Assembly (NCBI GenBank): GCA_963801165.1
Contig: CAWDDT010000011.1
Location: forward strand, 160,001-224,000
Origin: an uncultured bacterium
GTDB lineage: Bacteria > Actinomycetota > Acidimicrobiia > Spongiisociales > UBA5794
DNA: 64,000 nt
Direction of reading: 5' to 3'
In this document: in pieces, positions 53,203-64,000 of the stretch
Layout of the letters: the number at the start of each line of letters is the position of its first letter
Numbering within the stretch: the first letter of the stretch is position 1
Position numbers and translations under genes: made by a program
The notes under the pieces: generated by a model
What the model was told of the DNA's origin: nothing
Database searches by the model: none
What the model saw: only the letters and a program-made list of their open reading frames with translations

Positions 53203-55275
53203 TCAGAAGACTATGAATCCGGCGACGAGCACGACCACTCCCGCCACGATCAGGAACACGTATTGCTGGATGCGACCCGTCTGGAGCAGCCGGAGCATGC
53301 CACCGGAACCACCGGCCGCGGCCGCCGAGGCGTTGAAGGCCCCGTCGACACCGCGCTGGTCGAACCAGTAGACCAGCCGGGCAACCCTGGTGGCGACATA
53401 CCCGGCGCCGTTGACGACGAGGTCGATGACATACCCGTTGAACCAGTCGACCGCCCTGGCCACGGGGCCCCGGATGGGACGGACGATCCCGCCCATGTAG
53501 AAGTCGTCGATGTAGTACTTGTGCTCGAGCAGCGGGTACAGCACCGGGATGCGGAACCTGTCCCGCTCCTGCTGGGTCTCCTTGTCGGCGTACCAGAGGT
53601 AGTAGCCGATGACTATGCCGGCGAGGGCGGCCAGCGTGCCGATCCCGGCCAGCCCGAAGTTGATGGCGGTGGGGTGAAAGTCACCGGCGGGGAAGAACCG
53701 GGGCTCGACGGTCTGGGTGAACCACTCGGTGATGCCGGGGATGTTGATCAGCCCGGCCACGGTCGAGAAGAACGCCAGGGCGATCAGCGGGTAGGTCATC
53801 ACGTTCGGCGACTCGTGGGGATGGCCGTGGCCCTTGTACTCGCCGAAGAAGGACAGCGACACGGCCCGCATCATGTAGAAGGCGGTGACAAAGGCCCCGA
53901 GGATGGAGACGACCAGCACGTAGTTGGCCAGGGCGGCGCCGCCCTGGGCGGTGGTGAAGTTGTTGCCGGCATGCTGGATGCCGGCGAGGATCTCGTCCTT
54001 GGACCAGAACCCGGCGAAGGGCACCACGGCGGAGAGCGCCAGCGAGCCGATCACGAAGGTCCAGAAGGTCTTCGGCATGTATTTTCGCAGCCCACCCATG
54101 TCCGACATGTTGTTGGAGTGGACGGCATGGATCATCGACCCGGCACCGAGGAACAGCAACGACTTGAAGAAGGCGTGGGTGAACAGGTGGAACAGCCCGG
54201 CGGTGTAGGCGCCGGCGCCCATGGCGGTGACCATGTATCCGAGCTGTGACAGCGTCGAATAGGCCAGCACCTTCTTTATGTCGTCTGCTACCAGAGCCAT
54301 GAGGCCGGTGAGGAACAGGGTGAGGGTGCCGATGATGATGATGATCCAGCGGACATCGTCGGCGAAGCCGGGGGTGTTGTAGAACGGGAAAAGGCGGCCG
54401 AGCAGGTAGACACCGGCGGTGACCATCGTGGCGGCGTGCATGAGCGCCGAAACCGGGGTCGGTCCTGCCATGGCGTCCGGCAGCCAGACGTGCAGCGGGA
54501 ACTGGGCGCTCTTGCCCATCGCACCGATGAAGATGGCGACACCCGCCCAGAAGCTGTAATGCGCAAGCGGTGAGGCGAGATCGCCGCCGGAGACGACCGC
54601 CATGATGTCGGTGAACCGGAACGACCCGACGCTGAGCGCAATGATGATGGCGCCGACGAACAGGCCGACGTCCGCCACCTTGTTGACGAGGAACGCTTTG
54701 ATCGCCGCCGACGAGTTCTCGTGCTCCTCCCAGTAGTGGCCGATGAGCAGATAGGAGGCGACCCCGACCAGTTCCCACCCGACAATCAACTGGATGAGGT
54801 TCGGGGCGGACACCAGCACGAGCATGCCGCCGCCGAAGAGGGCAAACGAGCCAAAGAACCACGTGTAGCGGATGTCGCCTTCCATATAGCCCTTGGCATA
54901 AGTGAAGACGAGGAACCCGACGATACCGACGACGAGGTACATCATGATCGAGAGCCCGTCGACCATCCAGCCCCACTCCAGGGTGAAGGGCGGCCCGGAA
55001 CCGGCGGCGCCGATGTCGCCGATCGAAACTGCGCCCTGGTAAGCGATGCCCTCGTTGAGGTTGGCGATGAACAGCGCAATGCCGTAGACGGCGACGAACG
55101 CCATCGACAGCCACGCCATCCCCCACCCCTTCCACGGCGACCGCTTGCCGAATAGCACGATGGCAAACGCAGCCACCATCGGCACAACCGGGATCAGCCA
55201 GGCCCAGCGCGCCAGGGCACCACCGTCAACGGTGTGCATGGCTTCCTCAGCGGCGAGAACGAGAAGGCTGCTCAT
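53203..55275 (-). CDS. nuoL: NADH-quinone oxidoreductase subunit L
   Basis: [32 protein letters not shown]. Confidence 0.96.
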   Translation of the reverse strand: MSSLLVLAAEEAMHTVDGGALARWAWLIPVVPMVAAFAIVLFGKRSPWKGWGMAWLSMAFVAVYGIALFIANLNEGIAYQGAVSIGDIGAAGSGPPFTLEWGWMVDGLSIMMYLVVGIVGFLVFTYAKGYMEGDIRYTWFFGSFALFGGGMLVLVSAPNLIQLIVGWELVGVASYLLIGHYWEEHENSSAAIKAFLVNKVADVGLFVGAIIIALSVGSFRFTDIMAVVSGGDLASPLAHYSFWAGVAIFIGAMGKSAQFPLHVWLPDAMAGPTPVSALMHAATMVTAGVYLLGRLFPFYNTPGFADDVRWIIIIIGTLTLFLTGLMALVADDIKKVLAYSTLSQLGYMVTAMGAGAYTAGLFHLFTHAFFKSLLFLGAGSMIHAVHSNNMSDMGGLRKYMPKTFWTFVIGSLALSAVVPFAGFWSKDEILAGIQHAGNNFTTAQGGAALANYVLVVSILGAFVTAFYMMRAVSLSFFGEYKGHGHPHESPNVMTYPLIALAFFSTVAGLINIPGITEWFTQTVEPRFFPAGDFHPTAINFGLAGIGTLAALAGIVIGYYLWYADKETQQERDRFRIPVLYPLLEHKYYIDDFYMGGIVRPIRGPVARAVDWFNGYVIDLVVNGAGYVATRVARLVYWFDQRGVDGAFNASAAAAGGSGGMLRLLQTGRIQQYVFLIVAGVVVLVAGFIVF

Positions 55276-55577
55276 AGCTTCATTAGGTCCAGTTCGTCGA
55301 CGTTGGCGGTGCGCCGGTTGCGGTAGATCAGCAGCACGATGGCGAGGCCGATGCCCACTTCGGCGGCGGCAACGGCGATGACGAACAGAGCGAAGACCTG
55401 GCCGCCTGCAAGCGCGTCCTGGATGACTCGATCGAACGTGACGAGGTTGATGTTCACCGCCGCCAGCATCAGCTCGACCGACAACAACACCAACACAGCA
55501 TTACGCCGTGCGAGGACCCCATAAACCCCGATGGAGAACAAAACCGCACCCAGCAAGAGGAACTGATTGATGATCAT
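55272..55577 (-). CDS. nuoK: NADH-quinone oxidoreductase subunit K
   Basis: ATG 55577; [21 protein letters not shown]. Confidence 0.95.
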   Translation of the reverse strand: MIINQFLLLGAVLFSIGVYGVLARRNAVLVLLSVELMLAAVNINLVTFDRVIQDALAGGQVFALFVIAVAAAEVGIGLAIVLLIYRNRRTANVDELDLMKL

Positions 55578-55579
55578 GT

Positions 55580-55740
55580 TCTCTTCTCCCTCTGGGAGAA
55601 GTGCCTGAGCGAAGCGAAAGGCGATGAGGGCCGTGCAAATAGAGCGCTCACAACAGCACCCCCATTCCTTCCCCCTCTGGGGGGAAGTGCCTGAGCGAAG
55701 CGATAGGCGATGGGGGCCTTGTCCCTCACAACAGCACCCC
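55580..55740 (+). repeat. Two tandem family A repeats between nuoJ and nuoK
   Basis: Copies at about 55580-55632 and 55666-55718; CTCACAACAGCACCCC duplicated. Confidence 0.85.
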
Positions 55741-56292
55741 CTCTTCCTCCACGGTGGGATCCCGGCGTGCCAGGACGATGCCGCCGATGAGGGCGGCCAA
55801 CAGCACGAAGGACACCACCTCGAACGGGATGACGAAGCGCTCGAAGATCGACTGGCCGACGTCGCCGGCACGGGTGGGATCGACCGCGGGTGGCAGCTTG
55901 TCGCCACCGTAGGCGTCGAGCATGGAACCGCCGATGAGAAGGAAGAGAGCCCCCGAAGCGAGGGCGGCACCGATCTGTACCCGCGGTGGATGGCTGAGCT
56001 TGGTCTCGTGACCCATCGGCGCCCGCGTGATCATGATCCCGAACAGGAACAGAACGACGATGGCTCCGATGTAGACGAGGACGACGGTCCAGGCGACGAA
56101 CTCGGCGCCGAGCAGCAGGAAGATCGCCGCCGAGCCACCCAGGGTGATGACGAGGTAGAGGGCGGCGTGGACCACGTTCTTGGTGGTGACGACCCGGATC
56201 GCTCCGTAGACCATGGCTATCGCCAGCACGGCGAAGATCCAGTTCTCCAGCTCGCCGATCCAGTCGCCGAATGACACAGCCAGCACGATCAC
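55726..56292 (-). CDS. nuoJ: NADH-quinone oxidoreductase subunit J
   Basis: [34 protein letters not shown]; GTGA overlap with nuoI. Confidence 0.93.
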   Translation of the reverse strand: MIVLAVSFGDWIGELENWIFAVLAIAMVYGAIRVVTTKNVVHAALYLVITLGGSAAIFLLLGAEFVAWTVVLVYIGAIVVLFLFGIMITRAPMGHETKLSHPPRVQIGAALASGALFLLIGGSMLDAYGGDKLPPAVDPTRAGDVGQSIFERFVIPFEVVSFVLLAALIGGIVLARRDPTVEEEGVLL

Positions 56293-56750
56293 TTCTCCAG
56301 AGCCGGGGGTTCGGGGACGGTCTGCAGCCACTCAACGAGCTTGTCCTTCTCGTGGAGCAGATCGGAGATCTTGTATTCGCCGTACTCGTACTCGGGGCTC
56401 CAGTACAGGGCGTCGAAGGGGCACACCTCGACGCAGATCCCGCAGTACATGCACAGGCCGTAGTCGATGTCGAAGCGGTCGAGCTCGTTGCGGGTGCGTA
56501 CCCGCCCGCCCGGCTTGTCGGACGGGATCGCAACCTTGTGCGCCTCGATGTAAATGCACCAGTCGGGGCATTCCCGGACACAGAGCATGCATGAGGTGCA
56601 ATTGTCGGTGTCGAGAGCGATGACGCCGCGGGCCCGGGGCGCCGGAGTCTCCTTGACGTCCGGGTACATCACCGTGACCGGCTTCCTGAACAACGTCTTG
56701 ATGGTGACCCACAGGCCCTTGAACAAACCGATGAGCGGGAACTTGACCAT
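56289..56750 (-). CDS. nuoI: NADH-quinone oxidoreductase subunit I
   Basis: Two CxxCxxCxxxCP 4Fe-4S motifs; ATG 56750. Confidence 0.95.
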   Translation of the reverse strand: MVKFPLIGLFKGLWVTIKTLFRKPVTVMYPDVKETPAPRARGVIALDTDNCTSCMLCVRECPDWCIYIEAHKVAIPSDKPGGRVRTRNELDRFDIDYGLCMYCGICVEVCPFDALYWSPEYEYGEYKISDLLHEKDKLVEWLQTVPEPPALEK

Positions 56751-57742
56751 TACAGGACCACCTTCAGGGTCGCTGTGATCACGATGTTGAACAGAGCCAG
56801 CGGGATCAGCCACTTCCAGGCAATGGCCTGGAGCTGATCTTCCCGGATGCGGGGATAGGTCCACCGGATCCAGATCATGAGGAACGCCACAACGAAGATC
56901 TTGACCAGCAGGATGACCGGCCCGGCGAACTTGAGAGCATCGCTGCTCAAGCCGGGCGCCCAGTATCCGCCCAGATACAGCGTCGCGATGATGGCTCCCA
57001 TCGACACCATGCCGGCGTACTCGCCGAGGAAGAACATGGTGAAACGCAGACCCGAGTATTCGGTGAGATATCCCATGGTCAGCTCGGACTCGGCGAGCGG
57101 CAGATCGAATGGGGTGCGGTTGAGCTCGGCGAGGCTGGCGACGAGAAACACAACAAAGCCGATGATCTGGGGAACCACAAACGGCAGCGACGTGGCGGCC
57201 TGGGCGTTGACGATGCCGCTGAGCGACAGGGTGCCTGCCTCGATGACGACGGCGACAACGGCCAGTACCAGCGGCAGCTCGTAGGCGATGAGCTGGGCGC
57301 CGGCCCGAACTCCGCCGATCAGGGAGTATTTGTTGCCGGACGACCAACCGGCCATGAGCACGCCGAGGGTCGACAGCGAAGACACCGCCAGCAGGTAGAA
57401 GGCACCGATGTCGAGGTCGCGGGCGACGAGACTCGGCCCGATCGGGATCACGACGAACACGGCCAGCGTGCCCGCGATCATCACATAGGGGGCAAGCCGG
57501 AACACCGGACCGTCGGCGGCCGTCGGCACCAGATCCTCCTTCTGGAGGAACTTGACAGCGTCGGCGAGCGGTTGTGCCCATCCCCACCGGCCACCTGCGT
57601 ACCAGGGGCCGACCCGGGCCTGGATGTGGGCACCCCATTTCAGTTCACCCCAGATGAGTACGAGGGCCACTACCAGCATCGCCGCCAGCACGACGACCAC
57701 CTTGAAGGTGAGCATGAGAGCGAAGGGGACGTTCTCGATCAT
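56750..57742 (-). CDS. nuoH: NADH-quinone oxidoreductase subunit H
   Basis: [25 protein letters not shown]. Confidence 0.96.
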   Translation of the reverse strand: MIENVPFALMLTFKVVVVLAAMLVVALVLIWGELKWGAHIQARVGPWYAGGRWGWAQPLADAVKFLQKEDLVPTAADGPVFRLAPYVMIAGTLAVFVVIPIGPSLVARDLDIGAFYLLAVSSLSTLGVLMAGWSSGNKYSLIGGVRAGAQLIAYELPLVLAVVAVVIEAGTLSLSGIVNAQAATSLPFVVPQIIGFVVFLVASLAELNRTPFDLPLAESELTMGYLTEYSGLRFTMFFLGEYAGMVSMGAIIATLYLGGYWAPGLSSDALKFAGPVILLVKIFVVAFLMIWIRWTYPRIREDQLQAIAWKWLIPLALFNIVITATLKVVL

Positions 57743-58935
57743 CGGTCGACGTCCCCCAGCACGAAGTCGAGGCTGCCCATGGAAGCCACCAGGTCCGGGA
57801 TGAGCAGGCCCACGGCAACCTTGCTCATGACAGAAATATTGGAGAACGAGCCGGTGCGGATCTTGACCCGGTACGGAATACGACCGCCCTGGGAGACGAC
57901 GTAATAGCCCATCTCACCCTTCGGGTTCTCGGCGCGCACGTAGACGCGGCCTGCGGGCACCTTGAGGACACGCGGCACCTTGGCCACCAGCGGGCCGGCC
58001 GGGACCGAGTGGATGGCTTGACGCACGATCTTGACAGATTCCCTGATCTCGCCGATACGAACCAGGTAGCGGGAGAAGGCGTCGCAGCCATCCTGGGTGA
58101 TGACGTCGAAGTCGAGCCCGTCGTACGGCAGCAGGTCGTGCTCGACCTTGCGCAGATCGATGGGGACACCCGACCCTCTGGCGTTTGGCCCGGAGACACC
58201 GAAGGCGATGGCGTCTTCGTAACTGATGATGCCGACGCCCTTGGTCCGCATCTGGATCATCTCGTTGCCGGTGACCAGCTCGTCGAGCTCCTCACACGAT
58301 CGCTCGATGCGATCCATGGCGGATTCGACTGCGGCGTAGAAGCCGGCGGGCAGATCGAGGCTGACGTTCTTCTGTGTCTTGCCGCCGCCGGCCGCCGGCT
58401 TGATGCCGCCGACCCGGTTGAAGTTCGGGTGGAAGCGGCCACCGGTAACGCTCTCGAGGAGGTCCAGCACGTACTCGCGGTCGCGCATGGCGTACATGAG
58501 CGGCGTGAAGGCCCCCAGCTCGAGAGGGAAGGACGAGGCAAACAGCAGATGGTTGGAGATGCGCGTCAGCTCAGTGAGGATGAGCCGGATCATCTGCGCC
58601 CGCTCGGTGGGCTCGATGCCCATGAGCTTCTCGACGGCACGGACGAAAGCGACCTCGTTGGCGAACCCGGATACCCAGTCGATGCGGTTGATCAACGCCA
58701 TGATCTGTGCGTAGGTGCGCACCTCGGTGAGCTTCTCGTAGCCGCGGTGCATGTAACCGATGTTGGGGTCGAGCTTGGTGATCCGTTCCCCGTCGACCTG
58801 AGCGACGAGACGAAGCACGCCGTGGGTGGATGGGTGCTGGGGACCGATGTTGAGGGTCATCGACTCGCCCCGTAGCTCTACCGAGACACCCCCGTCGGAG
58901 ACCTCGACGATGCCGCGATGATCGAGCTGGGTCAT
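57739..58935 (-). CDS. nuoD: NADH-quinone oxidoreductase subunit D
   Basis: NIGPQHPSTHGVLRL, GYMHRGYEK, ENPKGE, GDVDR; ATG 58935. Confidence 0.96.
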   Translation of the reverse strand: MTQLDHRGIVEVSDGGVSVELRGESMTLNIGPQHPSTHGVLRLVAQVDGERITKLDPNIGYMHRGYEKLTEVRTYAQIMALINRIDWVSGFANEVAFVRAVEKLMGIEPTERAQMIRLILTELTRISNHLLFASSFPLELGAFTPLMYAMRDREYVLDLLESVTGGRFHPNFNRVGGIKPAAGGGKTQKNVSLDLPAGFYAAVESAMDRIERSCEELDELVTGNEMIQMRTKGVGIISYEDAIAFGVSGPNARGSGVPIDLRKVEHDLLPYDGLDFDVITQDGCDAFSRYLVRIGEIRESVKIVRQAIHSVPAGPLVAKVPRVLKVPAGRVYVRAENPKGEMGYYVVSQGGRIPYRVKIRTGSFSNISVMSKVAVGLLIPDLVASMGSLDFVLGDVDR

Positions 58936-59582
58936 GAGCCCTCCTCCCCATCGGTCTCCTGGGCCGCGGCCTCGACATTCTCGACGGAGGGCATGTCCTC
59001 GACGTCGACGTGACCCGGCCACGGTTTCACCTCGCGGGCGCCGAGGGCGAACGACTTGCGCAAGGGATGGCCTTCGAACTCCTGCGGCAGGTAGAGCTTG
59101 ATGAGGTTGGGGTGACCGCGGAAGTCGATGCCGAACATCTCGGCGCATTCCCTCTCGTGCCAGGCCGCACCGGTGTACACGGGAACCAGGCTGTCGAGCC
59201 GGGCATCATCCTTGGCGAGGGTGGTGACCAGAATCGCGGCCGTGTCGGCAACGGGCGACGACAGCCGGCACAGCACCTCGTATCGCTCCTCGAGGTTGTC
59301 GACGTCTGCGGCCGGTTCTCCAACGGCCACCTCTTTCGACCAGTCGATGGCCGACAACCAGGAGAAGAACCCGAGCTCGGCTTCGTCCCGGGCGGTAATG
59401 GCGGCGTCGACCCACTTGTCACGGGTCACGTAGACGTGGACGGTACCGTTGTCCGCCGTCCAGCTCTCGGCGCCCACCCTGGCCGCCAGATCGGCGGCGA
59501 ACACGTCGAGCGAAGATACGCTTTCGAGCGCGGATACGCCTTCGAGAGGTGATTCGGCTGTCTCAGACGGGTTGTCGGTCAC
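58932..59582 (-). CDS. nuoC: NADH-quinone oxidoreductase subunit C
   Basis: WHERE..EMFGIDF.GHP..GHPLRK; start uncertain. Confidence 0.92.
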   Translation of the reverse strand: MTDNPSETAESPLEGVSALESVSSLDVFAADLAARVGAESWTADNGTVHVYVTRDKWVDAAITARDEAELGFFSWLSAIDWSKEVAVGEPAADVDNLEERYEVLCRLSSPVADTAAILVTTLAKDDARLDSLVPVYTGAAWHERECAEMFGIDFRGHPNLIKLYLPQEFEGHPLRKSFALGAREVKPWPGHVDVEDMPSVENVEAAAQETDGEEGS

Positions 59583-60060
59583 GCTCGGTCCACTTCTGCT
59601 GCGGGTCTTCACTCATGATCTTCTGCTGGAGAAGGATGATGCCCTCCATGAGCGCCTCGGGTCGCGGCGGGCAGCCGGGCACGTAGACATCGACCGGGAT
59701 GATCTGGTCGACACCGTTTGTGACCGAGTAGGAGTCCCAGTACGGGCCGCCACAGTTGGCACACGATCCCATCGAGATGACGTACTTGGGATCGGCCATC
59801 TGGTCGTAGAGACGTTTGATGGCAGGGGCCATCTTGTCGGTGACCGTGCCGGCAACAACCATGAGGTCGGCTTGCCGGGGCGATGCCGGGAACGGGATGA
59901 CCCCGAAACGCATCATGTCGAACCGGGGAGCCGCCGCCGCCATCATCTCGATGGCGCAGCAGGCGAGACCGAAGTTGAACATCCAGAGGCTGTATTTACG
60001 TGACCAATTGAGCAGCCACGACACCGGTTTGGGCGTGCCGAACTTGTCGATTACTCCCAC
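59563..60060 (-). CDS. nuoB: NADH-quinone oxidoreductase subunit B
   Basis: [28 protein letters not shown]; GTG 60060. Confidence 0.96.
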   Translation of the reverse strand: MGVIDKFGTPKPVSWLLNWSRKYSLWMFNFGLACCAIEMMAAAAPRFDMMRFGVIPFPASPRQADLMVVAGTVTDKMAPAIKRLYDQMADPKYVISMGSCANCGGPYWDSYSVTNGVDQIIPVDVYVPGCPPRPEALMEGIILLQQKIMSEDPQQKWTERDRQPV

Positions 60061-60434
60061 TTGAGGACCCCTTTGCGGATCGCATAAACGAGTCCGAGCA
60101 GCAGGATGGCGATGAAGGCGAACATCTCGATGAGGATGTAACCGCCAAGGTCCGCGTTGGCGAACGCCTCGACCCGCAACGCCCACGGGAAGATGAAGAC
60201 CGCCTCGACATCGAAGACGAGGAACAAGAGGGCGAAGATGTAGTAGCGAATGTGGGTCTGGTTCCATCCGTCACCGGTGGCCACGATGCCGCACTCGTAG
60301 ATCTCGGACTTGGTGGGGTTCGGATTCTTGGGCCGAAGCAGCCCGGCGGTGACGAGCCCGACACCTACGAGGAGCGCTCCGCCAACGAGAAAGAAGGCGA
60401 CGGTGATGTAGTCACCGAAGTATTGGTCCAGCAC
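60051..60434 (-). CDS. nuoA: NADH-quinone oxidoreductase subunit A
   Basis: YECG, FLVFDVE, KGVLKW. Confidence 0.95.
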   Translation of the reverse strand: MLDQYFGDYITVAFFLVGGALLVGVGLVTAGLLRPKNPNPTKSEIYECGIVATGDGWNQTHIRYYIFALLFLVFDVEAVFIFPWALRVEAFANADLGGYILIEMFAFIAILLLGLVYAIRKGVLKWE

Positions 60435-60485
60435 CCAGGCCCCTTCCGTACGCTCCAAAAACGGGCCCTCCGACCCGCCCGGGCG

Positions 60486-60514
60486 AGTATAGGTATCTCA
60501 GAATGTGGTCCCAA
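60486..60514 (-). promoter_or_regulatory. Putative nuo promoter
   Basis: TTGGGA-N17-TATACT. Confidence 0.45.
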
Positions 60515-60702
60515 GCCATCGACGTTTAGGCAACGGTCGCCGCCGGGCGGCACGTCTGCAGCGATTCGGGAGGTGCTGACCAATTCCGTTCAGCACATTG
60601 CTAGGAGGGTGGTGAAGAATCACGGTGAAGGCTCGCAGTGCCCGATGAATCATTGTCTTCGAGCATGCTATCGAGCCTGAACTCGAATTACTCAGCACAC
60701 TC

Positions 60703-63012
60703 CTAAACGCTCTCCAACTCCGGCTCGGGCTCTTCGGCCGGTCCCTCGACCGCGATCCGCGGCAGCAGCCGGGCGAGCCATTTCGGGAGCCACCAGTTGG
60801 CGTCGCCCAGGAGCTCCATCGTGGCGGGGACGAGCAGCATCCGAACCACCGTCGCGTCGAGGGCGACGGCGCTGGCTAGGCCGATCCCGAATAGTTTGAT
60901 GATCCGGTTGCTCTCACCGATGAAGCTGGCGAACACGGCGACCATGATGGCCGCGGCGGCGGAGATAACCCGGGCGGTGGTGGCGAGGCCGTCGGCGACC
61001 GAAACCCTGCTGTCACCCGACTTGAGGTACTCCTCCCGGATCCGGGATAGCAGGAACACTTCGTAGTCCATCGACAGGCCGAAGAGTATGGCGAACATCA
61101 TCATCGGCACGAACGGCTCGATCGGCGCCGGCTCGATACCGAACACGGTGCCGAACCAGCCCCATTGGAAGATGGCGGTGACAACACCGTACGAGGCTCC
61201 GATCGACAACAGGTTCATGATGACGGCTTTGAGCGGGACCAGCAGCGAGCGGAACACCAGCATCAGCAGCACGAACGACAGTGTCAGCACCACGGCGATG
61301 AACGCCGGCAATCTGGCGGTGAGATATTCGGAGAAGTCGACCGTAGCGGCCACGCTTCCCGATACGGCGATCTCGAGCCCGGTCCCGGCCGTCGCCGTCG
61401 GGATGACGTCCTGTCGCAGCCGGTATACGAGGTCGGTGGTCGCGACATCCTGAGGGGCCGTCGTCGGGAACAGCCGCCACACCGCCGCCTGCGGCGCCGC
61501 CGGGTCGTTGGGGATAGGCGGGGTGACGAACGCCACACCGGGATCGGCAGACAATGCGGCCGTCACAGCCTGGAGCGCGACCGGATCCGTCCCCGCCGGG
61601 ATCTCGGTTGCGAGCAGCAGCGGGCCGTTGAAGCCGGGGCCAAAACCGGCGGCGAGCAAGTCGTACGCCTTCCGGGTCGTCGTGTCGGCTGGGAAGTTAC
61701 CCTCATCGGAGAAGGCGAGGCGAAGGCTGAAGAACGGGATGGCGAGCGTCACCATCACGACTGCCCCGACCAGCACCGAAGTCCACGGCCGGCGCTGGAT
61801 GAAGCGGCTCCAGCGGTAGGGCACTGTCTCGCGCACCGGGCGCCGCTCCCGGCGTGGCACCTCGCTGCGCAGTGGAACAAAAGCGAGGCTGGCGACCAGG
61901 GTCACCGCGGCGATCGCCAGGCCGAAGATCGCGAGCGGCTGGATGCTGAGGGCGACTCCGACTAGGCCGATGGCGACCAGCACCGCTGCGATCAGCCCGC
62001 GCCACCTGGTCACCTCGACACGTTCCGCGGCAAAACCGAGCAGGGCAGGAAGCAGTGTGAGCGAGGCGATCGCGGTCACGGCGACGACTGACACCGCGGC
62101 GACGGCAAGTCCGGTGATAAACGACAGGTTCATCAACACCATGCCGAGGAGGGAGATGACGACCGTGGTGCCTGCGAAGGAGACGGCACGCCCTGCGGTG
62201 TCGATGGCGGTGACAGTGGCCTCCTCGACCGACGCTCCGTGATGCAGATTCTCCCGGAAGCGGGTCACGATGAATAGGGCGTAGTCGATGCCGACGCCGA
62301 GACCGAGCATGACCGCAACCGTCGTAGCAAAGTCCGGAATCGAGAAGATGTTGCTCAACAGCCCTGCCAGCAATGATCCAACCCCGATGCCCGCCAGGGC
62401 AACACCAACCGGCAGACCCATGGCGAGTACCGACCCGAAGGCGATGATGAGCACGATGATGGCAAAGGAGAGACCGAGCATCTCAGAGCTGGGGACGTCG
62501 AATTCGGCGAAGATCTGCCCGCCGATCTCGACCTCGAGACCGTCGATCTGTGGGATGAGCTGTTTCAACTGTGCGCTGATGTCGGCCGCCTGCTCGATGG
62601 TGATATCTCGAGAGACACCAATCTGGGCGTATGCGATGTGGCCGGCTTCCGGTCCCTGTGCCGCGATCTGTTGGGCGCCCGCCGGGTCGTAAGGGCTGGC
62701 GAGAGTGACGCCGTCGATCTTGGCGGCAGCATCGAACATGGCAGTCATCGCCTGCTCGACGTCGGGGTCGGTGACACCCTGGTCGGCACGGAACACGATG
62801 GTCCCGCCCTCACCCCCCGCTCCTGAGTCGGCGAAGTACTGGTCGAGGATGTCGAAGCCGTGCCTGCTCTCGACGTCCGGTAGTGAGAACTCGGTGCTGT
62901 ACGCCGTACCGACGAAAGCGGTGATGATCCATCCCAGCAGAAGCGCAGCAAGCCAGATGAGCACGACCTTGCCGCGGTTGCGGTAACACCACCCACCAAA
63001 GCCTCGGTACAC
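60703..63012 (-). CDS. MMPL family (RND) transporter
   Basis: GVGIDYALF, GFGPGFNGPL, FGLSMDYEVFL. Confidence 0.93.
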   Translation of the reverse strand: MYRGFGGWCYRNRGKVVLIWLAALLLGWIITAFVGTAYSTEFSLPDVESRHGFDILDQYFADSGAGGEGGTIVFRADQGVTDPDVEQAMTAMFDAAAKIDGVTLASPYDPAGAQQIAAQGPEAGHIAYAQIGVSRDITIEQAADISAQLKQLIPQIDGLEVEIGGQIFAEFDVPSSEMLGLSFAIIVLIIAFGSVLAMGLPVGVALAGIGVGSLLAGLLSNIFSIPDFATTVAVMLGLGVGIDYALFIVTRFRENLHHGASVEEATVTAIDTAGRAVSFAGTTVVISLLGMVLMNLSFITGLAVAAVSVVAVTAIASLTLLPALLGFAAERVEVTRWRGLIAAVLVAIGLVGVALSIQPLAIFGLAIAAVTLVASLAFVPLRSEVPRRERRPVRETVPYRWSRFIQRRPWTSVLVGAVVMVTLAIPFFSLRLAFSDEGNFPADTTTRKAYDLLAAGFGPGFNGPLLLATEIPAGTDPVALQAVTAALSADPGVAFVTPPIPNDPAAPQAAVWRLFPTTAPQDVATTDLVYRLRQDVIPTATAGTGLEIAVSGSVAATVDFSEYLTARLPAFIAVVLTLSFVLLMLVFRSLLVPLKAVIMNLLSIGASYGVVTAIFQWGWFGTVFGIEPAPIEPFVPMMMFAILFGLSMDYEVFLLSRIREEYLKSGDSRVSVADGLATTARVISAAAAIMVAVFASFIGESNRIIKLFGIGLASAVALDATVVRMLLVPATMELLGDANWWLPKWLARLLPRIAVEGPAEEPEPELESV

Positions 63013-63245
63013 AACGCCTCCTCAGAATCGAGTACCGGAGACTACAGGATCCGTCCGCCACTCAGACGAGATGCGCTTGCCCGGAGCGAGAATTGTGGCC
63101 GATCGCCGTCGAGCGCCGTAACGATCTGCTGGGTCAACGAGGAACCTACCTTCGGCCATGCAGCCTCTGGAAACTCGTACCGCCATGTATGTTCCGCCGC
63201 TACGGCTCAGGCAAGTCAGCAGGAAGGCCGGGTGAGCTGGTGGCC

Positions 63246-64000
63246 ATGCGGAAGTGTGCCTTCTGCGGTGCAAGGAACGATCAAAATGAGTCGTTCTGTG
63301 TCGCATGCGGACTCGCTCAGATAACCGGACCGGACGGGAAGCCCCAGATCACGCCCAAAAGGCTGACGGAGCGGCGCCAGGTTGGTTCGGTCGCACGGCT
63401 GGCAGGGCCGGTCATGCAATGGGTGGCGATCGCCATGGCGGCCGTGGCGGTGTTCACTCTCGGATTCGTCATGGGCAAAGCGACGTCGGGCAATGCCGAA
63501 ACCGACCTGGTCACCGCGCAGACCACAACGACCGGAGAACACACCGGCGCGGTGACCCGGGGGACCGACGAGACGGGTGCTGCGGTCGAGACAACAGCGG
63601 CGTCGGGGCCCACGACCACAGCCCCCACCACGACCACGACGACAACCACCGAGCCGCCGTTCACCTACACCGATGTCCCCGCCGATTACCAGTACACGCC
63701 GGAGATCCAGGCCCTCCTCGACGATGGAGTGGTTTCGCCGTGCGCCCCGCCCGACGGAACCGAGTTCTGCCCCGATGACTTCCTCACCCGGGAAGCCCTG
63801 GCCTCCGTGTTCGCCCAGATGTTTCGATACGACGATCCCGGGGACGCCGACCTGTTCGTTGATGACGCCGATTCGCCCTTCCAATCGGAGATCCAGGCCA
63901 TCGCCATCGCCGGAATCACCAAGGGCTGCAACCCGCCGGACGACACCAAATTCTGTCCGAGGGACCTGGTGACCAGAGGTCAGCTCGCCACGTTCCTCGA
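63246..64000 (+). CDS. Zn-ribbon/TM/Thr-linker/SLH-like protein (3' truncated; absent from ORF track)
   Basis: MRKCAFCG..FCVACG, TM WVAIAMAAVAVFTLGFVMG, TTTTTTEPP, ITKGCNPPDDTKFCP..VTRGQLATFL; frame open to window end. Confidence 0.8.
   Translation, partial: MRKCAFCGARNDQNESFCVACGLAQITGPDGKPQITPKRLTERRQVGSVARLAGPVMQWVAIAMAAVAVFTLGFVMGKATSGNAETDLVTAQTTTTGEHTGAVTRGTDETGAAVETTAASGPTTTAPTTTTTTTTEPPFTYTDVPADYQYTPEIQALLDDGVVSPCAPPDGTEFCPDDFLTREALASVFAQMFRYDDPGDADLFVDDADSPFQSEIQAIAIAGITKGCNPPDDTKFCPRDLVTRGQLATFL

Noticed and set aside
56289-57638. Long ORF-track versions of nuoI, nuoD, nuoB and nuoK suggesting fusions or frameshifts
   Set aside because: Upstream parts are alternate frames of the preceding gene; normal overlapping starts exist.

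Overview
High-GC actinobacterial (Acidimicrobiia-like) core chromosome, almost entirely minus-strand. It carries the transcription/translation supercluster (tRNA-Tyr/Thr/Met, tuf, rpmG, MaoC, ECF sigma/anti-sigma, tRNA-Trp, secE, nusG, rplKA, rplJL, rpoBC, [accessory insert], rpsL, rpsG, fusA, tuf, S10 and spc operons up to partial secY), an accessory stretch at about 34.6-50 kb, an 11-subunit complex I-like nuo operon lacking nuoEFG, an MMPL transporter and an SLH protein. The strongest anomaly is two apparently identical 1231-bp tuf copies 23 kb apart whose wobble positions are almost all G/T, unlike the C-rich neighbouring genes: a GRINS-like, repeat-confined recoding of a housekeeping gene. 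Other leads: two dispersed palindromic repeat families, an unannotated 44-aa Zn-finger ORF coupled to two intramembrane proteases, a class III PLP enzyme/kinase-like/Ntn-peptidase operon, MidA near nuo, and several candidate cis-regulatory RNAs. All calls are by eye; no database searches were run.
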